The notes under the pieces were generated by a model. That model had not been told where the DNA came from and ran no database searches. It was given only the letters and a program-made list of their open reading frames with translations. A program made the translations under genes and the position numbers. From Squalus acanthias (Eukaryota): a stretch of DNA of 64,000 nt. Below are positions 26,160 through 36,230 of this stretch, one piece after another (positions within the stretch are counted from its first letter, which is position 1; each line of letters opens with the position of its first letter). The stretch covers positions 145,206,001 to 145,270,000 of the forward strand of contig CM059431.1 of assembly GCA_030390025.1 (NCBI GenBank), in the 5' to 3' direction.

Positions 26160-27330
26160 AAAGTGAAATCATGTTTAACACATTTATTAGTGGTGTTTGA
26201 GGAAGCAACTAGCAGGGTAGATAAAGGGTAAACAGTGGAATTAATATATTTGGACCCGCTGTCATAAAAAAAGCACTCTCCCACCCGACCCGCCACCAGT
26301 CGCGCCCACTGATCCCACGCAAAATTCCGGCCAAAGAGCCTGCAATGGGATGTGAATAAGTTAAGAGTGTGAGCAATAAGGTGGCAGATGGAAAATAATT
26401 GGAAAAATGTGAGGTTTTTCATTTTAGTAGGAAGAATAGAAGAACAGAATACTTTTTAAATGGTGAAAAACTATTAAATGTTGGTGTTCAGAGTGATTTA
26501 GGTGTCCTCATACAGGAAACATAGAGAGTTAGCATATAGGTACAGCAAACAATTTGAAAGGCGAATTGCAAGTTGACGTTTATTGCAAGCGGGTTGGAGT
26601 ATTAGAGTAAGGAAGTCTTGTTTCATTTCTACCGGGCTTTGGTGAAACCACACCTGGAGGACTGTATTCAGTTTTGGTCCCTTATCTGAGGATTGATATA
26701 CTTGCCTTAAAGGTGGTGCAACGATCCCTGGGATGATAGGGTTGTCCTATGAGGAGAGATTGAATAGTTTGTGTCCATACTCGCTGGAGTTTAGAGGAAT
26801 GAGAGGTCATCCTATTGAAACACACAAGATGCTGATAGGGATTGACAGGGTAGATGCTGAGTGATTACTTCCCCTGGCTGGAGTGTCTAAAACTAGGGGG
26901 CATAGTCTCAGGATAAGGGATAGGTCATTCAAGACTGAGATGAAAAGGACATTCTTCACTCAGAGGTTTGTGAATCTTTGGAATTCTCAACTACAAATGG
27001 TTGCATTTGCTGAATCGTTGAGTATAGTCAAGGCCGAGTAGATAGATTTCTGGACTCTAGTGGAATCAAGGGATGTGGATACCGAGAAGGAAATTGGAGT
27101 TGAGGTTGAAGATCAGCCATGACCTTATTGAATGGCGGAGCAGGCTCGAAGGTCCGTATGACCTACTCCTGCTCCTAATTATTAGGTTTTTATGTTCTTA
27201 AATGAGGCATCTCCCAGTAAATTAATTTCTGAATAACCATCTTGTGAAACCTGTTCCATTATATTAAGTTGTCTCTATCTTTGAACTACTACACAAATAA
27301 ACGTCAAATTCGCTACATTAAAAAGCAATA

Positions 27331-28212
27331 ATGGTGCTCAGTATATTCTGGATCCTTATCTTTTGCTGTGGCTCCTGATTATGTTTCCAGAGATTCTGGG
27401 TAAGTTAGCGTTGTGGGTTCTGCAGTTTAATCAACACTCACTGTGTAAAGATCAGTTACACATCACAGTAATAAACCCGACCTTCAGACTGATCAGTACA
27501 ATCCCTTTCCGCCCTTATCTCTGGTGCAGGGCTCAAACTGAATCACACACGATTTTATTCGGATTGAATTGTACTGAATAATTACTGACGTTTTAGCTAA
27601 TGTCATCAAAATTAATTGCGATAACAATGTCTAAATTTCCCCCAGCTCTTCCATCTGCGGTTCAAATGACCCGGCAGAGAGACCGAGTTCTGCAGCCTGA
27701 TGCAGCTCCGTGTCCTCAATTCGTTTTCATTGCTCAGCATAAAAGCTGCTTGTTATCGGAGTATAAAAGGGCACAGATAGCAAGGGACAATGATCGCTGT
27801 TAGTTTATTGGGATCAACCATCAGAGGAAAGCTCTCGGAGTTAACACGTTAATGTTTTGGAATTAACTTCCCTTTCGATCATTAGCTGTTCCTTTGGCCA
27901 GGTTCTAACTCTGTGTAAATGTAATTCATTCGGAGCCCGGCTCTATTAATCTGGGTATCCGGTTTATTACAATGTTCACCTGATCTGGATTGACATGTAT
28001 TTCTACAATTCCCGTCACATGACCAGTTAAAGGTTATTTTCCAATGATGGTCATTTATCAGCAACAGTGCTATGATTATAAAATCCGGGAGATAATGTTG
28101 TTCACACCCATGATTATTAAGGTCCGGGATTAACTTAATGGAACTGAATCAGCAAATGTGTGCGGTAAACAAGAAAATGTTTGGTAACATTGACCAGTTA
28201 AATTTTATTGGT
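27331..28212 (+). pseudogene. MHC alpha-like pseudogene, copy D (leader 27331-27399; exon 2 27530-27798; C1 ~27955-28211 with an internal deletion)
   Basis: Leader reconstructs as MVLSIFWIL/LLLWLLIMFPEILG with one frameshift and a GTAAGT donor; exon 2 reads AQTESHTILFGLNCTE*...ALPSAV...FIAQHKSCLL..; C1 ends PVKFYW. Confidence 0.7.
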
Positions 28213-30060
28213 GATGTTGTAAATTCACTTTATCATTTCTTTGTATAAGAATCTGTCAGCGGATTCAATCGAAACAGCTGTTGATCGAAAGGGAGGATCA
28301 TTCCAAAATTTTAACGTGTTAACACAAAGAGCTCACTGTGCCCTTCCGTCTGATGTTTGATCCCAATAAACTTACAGCGATTACAGACCCGCTGAAAAAT
28401 TAATGAATTTCAGAATAAAAATTCGCACTTAACATAAATGATAAAACGTTCTAATATATCTCCCACTCCTCTGTGTCTGATTCCCCCTCCTCCTTCTCCG
28501 TGCCGCTCCTTCCTGTGTTCCATGTCTGGTTCCCCACCTGTTCTGTTCCTGATGTTTCCTTCCCTCCCCCACCTGCTACAATCCTAATTCTCCCCTTAGC
28601 CTTTATTTTTCTCCTGCACGGTTCTTGATTCAATCCACGCATCCGTTCGCCCTCCGGCTCGATACCTGATGCTCCCTGTCCTTCCCTTTCCATCTCTTCT
28701 TTACCTGATTACCTTCCCTGCTTCCCTCTCCATTCTGCTACCTGTCTGATTCCCCATTCAACACAAAGGACACATCAAAGCTATTCAATGACTCCAGCGT
28801 CACACTAAGTGTGCACATAATCCCCCATAAAGAACAGAGACCCTCTCCTATTAACTTCACCGAATAAGGTTACCGATTGGGAAAATGACACCTACAATAC
28901 CAGGCGAGCTGCCGCCTCATGTTTCTCTTCAATATTACTTTATTTTTGCTCACAAATCCACATATTAAAACAATTCAATTTTTTCCTCATTCTACCCGAT
29001 GGTTTTATCTTTTGTCTCTCGCTGCCTCATATAGGTCCTGGTTGGCCTTTTTGAACCGCTGCAATCCTGTGGTGACGTTGCTGCTAGAATTGTGCTAACA
29101 ATGCAATCGCAGGATTTTGAGTCAACAGCGATGAAGAAACCATGATACGTGTCCAAGTCAGGATGGCCTGTGACTTGAAGGGGACATAGGAACAGCGGGT
29201 ATCTCAAGACTTTGCTGCTATTACCTTTATCAGTGATAGCTGGTCTGAGCGGTGATGTGAAGTTAAGCTTGGTGATTTGCAGTGGATAATGCAGACTGCA
29301 GCATTAGTGAACTGTTGGTGGCCGGGGTGGATATTATTTGATTAGAAGCAAAGATAATGTTTTGCCCTGGATGACGCTGAGCTTTATGAGTGGTGTTGAT
29401 GGTGTATCCATGTAAGGCAAGTGGTGATTATTCCTTCACATTCCTAACTTGAGGCCTAGTGAAGAGGCTCTCAGAGAACATGAAGAGAGATAATTATCGA
29501 GCAGAACCCAGTCTCTGCCTTTCATCTGCAGTGTTGATACAGCAGGTGTCGTTAATCTTCCTATCATTTCCAGGATGTTGATGTGGCGGCAGTAGGTGAT
29601 TTTGTTGCCGGAAAACGATGGAACGATTTGTTCGCTTTTTCCTATTGGATCTGGTAATTGCCTGGCACCCACATGGCACAAATGTTACATGCCTCTTGTT
29701 AGCACATGTCTGGAAAATGTTCTGTTCCTGAGATAGGCTGTCATTGTCTGCTACATTTTATTTATGGAGTTGTAAATGGAGCAGGGCACTGTTGAATTAA
29801 TAGAGAACGGATTGATTCCTGAACGTATGACAGAGCGAATGTAATTTATGAATATACCTAAACAAGGCTGCATTCCTGTGAAATTCCGGCAGCGACAATT
29901 GTGATGCTTAGCTTCCAACAGCCATGACCATTTTACTCAAAAGGATCCCCTTAGACCCCCGTTAACTATGATCTGCGTTGTAACAGGGCTTCTTGATGTC
30001 GTCCTCTGTCGAATTCAGCACTCGTGCCTACGGAAGTTACTCCCACATCTGGTGTCACAA

Positions 30061-30825
30061 TGGCCCGAAAATTAGACCTAATACGCGAGAGTACGCACTG
30101 TGTACTCTCGCGTATTAGGTGTCCAATTGCCGGTTTCCTGCATGCACTGCGCATGCGCGGGAAACCGGCACTTCGTGGATTCAAAAGGGGGCGGTTCCTA
30201 AGTGAACCGCTTGCGCGCTACAGGCTGCGCGCACGCAGTGGACTTAGTTATTTTTTCAGCTTTGAACGCGCAGGTAAGTGTTAAAGATTTTACACATAAA
30301 GAAAGCAGACGTAGGACCCCCTATTATCAAGGTATGTAGTTAATTAAGTGTTATTTTAAATTTTCTTCAACAGGTTTATCTTTTTTAGAGACTTTAAAGA
30401 AAGGTAAGTTTATTTTTATAACTTTTAAAAAGATTTTAAATGTTTTCAAAAATAAAATGTTTTGTTTAAAGTGGTTAATTTATTTAACTATACTTATTTT
30501 ATTAATGTGATGGCTTTTTTTTTAATTTAATTGAGGTTTAGCTGTTCTTTTGGGGGTGTGTAGGATTCATAGCTTTGACAGGTCTTCCTGTCAAAACTAT
30601 GAATGAAAGATGGTGTGCTGCCATTGGCTCTAACAGAATCACGTGATCCCAGAGCTCGCACGAACTAATTGCGCCTCTGGGAAACGCACACACTGCACAG
30701 TTGCATGTGGGAGAGGCCTTGAAATTAAAGTTCGTGTGGGTTGGAGGAAAAAGGTAGGCGCGGAGTGAGATACCACGGGGAAGCCTTACCCCCGCGGGAA
30801 CCCTCACTGCTTAATTTCTGGGCCA
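30061..30825. mobile_element. Non-autonomous DNA transposon (MITE) with internal hairpins
   Basis: TIRs TGGCCCGAAAATTA / TAATTTCTGGGCCA; absent at the paralogous site (~40605); TSD ambiguous. Confidence 0.8.
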
Positions 30826-31129
30826 TTGTCTGTTGTATCCAGGTCTGGATCAAGGCTGTGATGAAGTTTGGAGCTTAGCGGTCCCGGCTGAGCAGGAACT
30901 GCATGTTGGTGAGTCGAATATTGTTATGTAGGTGACCCTCATGGCTCTACAATTGACTAATTCCATCACTGTTTAATGATTATTAGGTATTAATAGGGCA
31001 ATAATTGGCTCCGTAAATTGTGTCATTTTCCAATGGGTAGAACATACGTGGGCAATTTCCTACGTTATCAGTTATTCTAGTCACACAGCTGGCTTTGGTG
31101 GGGGCGGTTAATTGTGTTACGCAGGTCTT

Positions 31130-31790
31130 CGCAACTACAGACAGGTACATAAAGCAATTAGGAAAGCAAATGGTATGTTAGCCTTTATTACAAAAGGATT
31201 AGAGCATAGCAGTAAAGAAGAGTTACTGCAAATATATACGGCCTTGTTGAGAGCACACCTGGAGTATTGTGTACAATTTTTTTCTCCTTACCTGAGGAAG
31301 GGTACACTTGCCTTAGAGGGAATGAAACGAAGATCCGCCAGACTTATTCCTGTGATGAGGGCATTCTCCTATGAGGATATATTAAGGAAACTAGGCCTAT
31401 ATTCCCTAGAATTTATAAGAATGCGAGGTGATCTCATTGAAATGTATAAAGTTCTGTAAAGGCTTGATAGAGGAAATGTTTGGAGGATGTTTCCCCTGGC
31501 TGGGGAGACTAGAGTAAATGTCACTGTCTCAGAATAAGTGGTCGGCCATTTAGGATTCAGATGAGGAGAAATTTCTTCTCTCAAAGGGTTGTGAATCTTT
31601 GGAATTATCTACCCCAGAGGGCTGTGGATGCTCAGTCTTTGAGTATATTCAAAACAGCGATAGATTTTTGGATACGAAGGGAACCAAAGGATATGGGAAT
31701 AGTGTAGAAGGTGGACATGGTGTGTAAGTTAAGCCATGATGTTATTGACGGGGCGAATGGCATATTCCTGCTTCTAATTCTTATGTTCTT
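31130..31790 (+). mobile_element. 5'-truncated CR1 3' end (paralogue ~40940-41595)
   Basis: KAIRKANGMLAFI..LEYCVQF..LGLYSLEF motifs and tail. Confidence 0.85.
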
Positions 31791-32880
31791 TGAATCTTTG
31801 CTAGGATGTTGTTAGGACCCAACATCTTCGTTGAGGCCGTTTTGTTCCACCGCTTCCTAATAGCACGTGGAAAGATCTCCATTGGCTTGACGTTGGGCTG
31901 AATGCTAATGAAGGCCACGTTTGATCATTAAGATTTCACTTTTGGCTGAATCTGCTTCGAACACTGTCTCCATCACTGGGGTGCTCTTGGACCCGCTCCT
32001 GCCTGATAATCTCCTGTTGCCACCCCCATTAATAAACGGATGTGGCAGACAATGCAATCTTAATTCTTATCCTTTGGCTGTGGAACGCTTCAACTCGATC
32101 TGCAACACGTTGCTTTTTGCGTTTTGGTCTTATTTGTAGTTTCACTAAGTTGGTGACTCATTCTCAGTTTCAATGCTCTTGTTGGTGTCACGTTATTTCA
32201 TTTTCCCCAATTAAACCCATAGTTGGCATTTTGGCTTCAGGTTATAGGATCTTAATAGGTCAGGAGATCAGATATTGTCATGCGGTACAATTCTGCGAAT
32301 GCGAAGGGCCCACAGCACCTTATGGACGCCCAGTATCTGGCTACTAGTTATTGCTTCACTTGTACCACTGCACAATAGAGGGTGTACGCATTTTGGAATG
32401 CAGGCCTTATCAATAGAAGGATTCTGTGGTGGTTACACCGATCAACGCAATCATCTACAGAAGTATCTCTGACAGGTGAGTTATTGAAGATGTGATCAAG
32501 TAGGTTACTCCATCCTGTCAGCACTCTCACATCTCATGCAGTAGGCTGGCAGATTACTTTTGTAAATATAATCTGTATAAGGCTGTTGCTTGACAATCTG
32601 TGGGGGGAGCTCTTCCAAATTAGCGCCAGTCCCCAGATGATAGTCACAAAGCATTTTCTGGGTCGGCTGGACTGGAATTGCCTGAGTCTTGTACTGAGTT
32701 GATGCTGAAGTTTTGTTGATTGGTCGATATTATAATTCCCTTATTTATATTTTAAATCAGGTGATCTGAATATCCCTTTTGTTTGTTAGAAGACCTGCAT
32801 GATCTTTTTCAATGAACATTATTTCCCAGGCCCGTGTTCTCTTTGGCACGAATGTGACCACTTGGCAATGGAAAGTGAGA

Positions 32881-33776
32881 ACATACGAACATAAGAAGTA
32901 AGAGCAGTAGTGGGCCAATAAGATCGTGGCTGATCATCGACCTCAACTCCACTTTCCCGACCTCTCTCCATATCCCTTGATTCCCTTAGAGCCCAAAAAA
33001 CTATCTATCTCATCCTTGAATATACTCAAAGAATCAGCTTTCACAGGCCTCTGGGGCAGGGAATACCAAAAATTCACAACCCTTTGAGTGAAGAAATTCT
33101 TCCTCATCTCAGTCTTAAAAGGCCTACACCTTATCCTGAGACTATGCCGCTTAGCTCTAGACACTCCAGCCAGGGGAAACAACCTCTCAGCATCCACCCT
33201 GTAAAACCCCTTCACAATCTTGTATGTTTCAATGAGGTCACCTCTCATTCTTCTAGTCTCCAGAGAGTATAGGCCCATTCTACAAAATCTCTCATCATAG
33301 GACAGTCCTCTCATCCCAGGAATCAATCTAGTGAACCTTCGCTGCACCGCCTCCAAGGCAAGTATATTAGATAAGGAGATAAAAACTGTGCACAGTACTC
33401 CAGGTGTGGTCTCACCAAGGCCCTGTACAATTGTTACAAGATTTCCTTACTCTTATACTCCAACCCCCTTGCAAAAAAGTTTAACATGCCATTTGCCTTC
33501 CTTATTGCTTGCTGTACCTGCATGCTAGCTTTCTGTGTTTCTTGCACGAGGACACCCAAATCTCTGAACACTAAAATTTGGAAGTTTCTCACCATTAAAA
33601 AAAAATATGTTTTCCTATTCTTCCTACCAAAGTGAATAACGTCACATTTCGCTACATTATACACCATCTGCCACAATACTGCCAACTCACTTAGTCTATC
33701 TAAATCCCTTTGCAGACTCTTAGTGTTCTCCTCACAGCTTACTCTCCCACCTAGCTTTGTATCATCAGCAAACTTG
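32881..33776 (-). mobile_element. 5'-truncated CR1, inserted after the duplication
   Basis: KFADDTKLGG..QQAIRKANGML..VQRRFTRLIPGM motifs; absent at the paralogous position ~42688. Confidence 0.9.
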
Positions 33777-34429
33777 TAACGAAGGAGAGACAGATTTATT
33801 AGTAATGTTGGCAGATTTATAATAACGTCCATGGATGGTTCCCATTTTTCAACTTTTTTTTTGCATAAGATACTCTCTAATGTGAAAATCTGGTTTCATG
33901 TTTGTTTGGATAAAGTGCGATTGACACTGTCTAACAGGATCATCTCTTAGATTGAATAGTGGCAACTTTCCCTGGCCTGCTGCACGCCCACAGAGCAGAG
34001 TTGCTAATATACTAAATAATCCTGTCTTTTTCGCTCTGCAAGTATCTAAGGAGCTTTATTTCCGGTGTTTGGATTTCACAGATTTGCAGACAGTTTCAGC
34101 AAATATAGCAAGGGAGACTTTTTTAGCTCGGTTTTCGATAATTTGCGGCACTTCGTTGTATGTCTGAATCAGGGCTCGCCAGGCTCGATGGACGCTGGGC
34201 AGGATTGGACGGAAGTAGGCTTTCTACAGCCTGAGGGATGTTCAAGGGTTGATTGTTTTTTTTCGCAGAGCACGCACACGTGTTCCGTTCTTGCTGGTGA
34301 ATTGATCGTGATGTAATAGCTGGGTCCAGACCACATCTCGCTGAGAATTTATACCCGGAACTTCTGCTCTTTGCTGGCTTTGATTTGTTTTGAAAGTTAC
34401 TATATCCTCGCCTGCTGTGTGATTTATTT

Positions 34430-36230
34430 TTTTGGACTATCTCTAGTTTCGACACTAAATCGCTGTGTTAAGGCACAATCTTTAATAACGTCAAAAAACC
34501 TTTCGCCTGATGTGGCCTCTACACCCGATGATTCACAAAGAATGTTAGGAAATTAAATCGTCCATAATACAGACATTTCCCAATCCAATGGCCATCCCAG
34601 GACTCCTGGCCATAGAAGGCCATTGATTGCTTTAGAGATAATAAAAGGCCGGTTTATGATTTAAATCTACTTTGTACACATCTCTATTTGAGGGGATGAT
34701 CTCTATAGCCGTATAGGAGTTGTGCTCTCATAAGGGAGGAAACAGTTGAAGAGATTATTTCGTGCTGGTCCCATTGGACGAGTCCGGATTCATTCCACTC
34801 ATCCACTTCAAATTTACCCCAGTTTACTTACGGTGGCCAAGTGGTTAAGCTGCTGCGCTCCAGATCCATTAGGCGGTGCAGGTACGGATTCCTGTCCCGG
34901 TTTCGCCTCTGGGTCAGTGACGGTTGTGAAGCTTGCTGCATTGTATCACATTGGGCAAAGCCCGCCTTGGGTTAGTCCAGTGACAGTCTACTGGTCCAAC
35001 TGCACCTAGTCCCATCCAGTGTATTTATTCATTTGTGTTCAGAGTGCCTCGTCAGAAAGGACTCCTTGTCCTGGGGACTGTAACAGGTGTGAGGGATTAA
35101 TTTGGGAATGTTTCGTTGAATTGACTGGATCCAAATAGTTCAGTCTTTAACTGATTTTCTGACGTCGGCGTTTTCTAGAGCAGTTAGTTTCCTTTACAAA
35201 TATAGCGACACCTTTCCCATTCTTTCCACCGCTCTCCATCCGGAAACAAATATAACCTTTATGGAGGGGAGATTGGCTTCAATCCTACAACACTGGCACT
35301 GAAGAACCTAAGTTATTGATAAACAGTAACAGGTGTTCACTTATATACCTGAGTACTCTACCACAGACTGTTTAGCTGGAAGTACTGTTTATTTTTATAT
35401 AGCTGGTCGGCCTTACAAACAACGGCCCCCTCCCACTGCTCGACCGTATCGACTGCATCTGCCTGTACCACGTGGTTCAATTTGGACTATATCAGCCTCG
35501 AGGTGATTCAAAGGGTTTTTCCCTCGTTAGTTCTCACACTGACAACTGTGAGATAGAATCTTTTCCGTAAGTGTTGCATTTTTGTTTCATTATTTTGATT
35601 CTAACATATTCAAATGTATTGATAATATTACTTTTATTATGTTGTGTTCCTCAGGGAGTTATATAGCGCTAATTATATCATTTCCCCACACCTTCAATAC
35701 AGTTAAGCCCAGGTCAGCTGCGGCAGCTTCTGTATTCTCTGAACTCTGTGTATTGCACTTCTGCATTGTGTCAGGTAAAAAGACATATAGGATGTAATCA
35801 AACATGTTTGCAAAAATTAAAGGCATCTAATACTGAGCTAAACAAAGTTGAGTGTAAGAAACAGCTAAAGGAAACGAAGGCTGCCACTAGATCAGCTAAA
35901 AGGATTATGGAAAAGATGATGGTAGATAATTGTGGAAGTTATGGTGAAGTTTTTTCAGTGATGTGATGAGTCTGTGAACGATGAAAATCTGTATTGGGCC
36001 ATTGAAGGTTGGTCAAGGTCACCTTACAACGGACTCACTGGGTCTGGATAAATAATAAATGATCACTTTGCATCGGTCCTCACTCTTTGAAGACTATACT
36101 CGACTGTAAGAATTGAATGATTTGAATAATAAAACTAGTAATAAAATAAATGAACATATAGCTTTATAGAGATTTAATAAGGATACATTTGACAGAGCAG
36201 CCTAAACTCAGGAGTGATCTGATTGCGGAT
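34430..36230. mobile_element. Composite of a minus-strand CR1 APE fragment, an unknown (possibly gag-like) segment and a plus-strand CR1 ORF2 (paralogue ~43370-46420)
   Basis: GNVCIMGNF..FFEVIKDC..TQ (APE) on the minus strand; CR1 linker/RT on the plus strand from ~35750 and 44700-46420 (GVPQGSVLGPLL). Confidence 0.6.

Larger units (their letters stand above)
22472..29405. repeat. Tandem segmental triplication, unit 3
   Basis: Collinear with units 1 and 2; same junction at 22472; carries an extra HE1 SINE; its right end continues into the full LINE remnant. Confidence 0.88.
28990..34400 (-). mobile_element. Old decayed L2/Crack-type LINE interrupted by a MITE and CR1s (duplicated at ~39550-43330)
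   Basis: Reverse complement matches the 3' end and body of the LINE at 47020-51895; its 3' part is also retained at ~15720-16047 and ~22080-22470. Confidence 0.7.
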
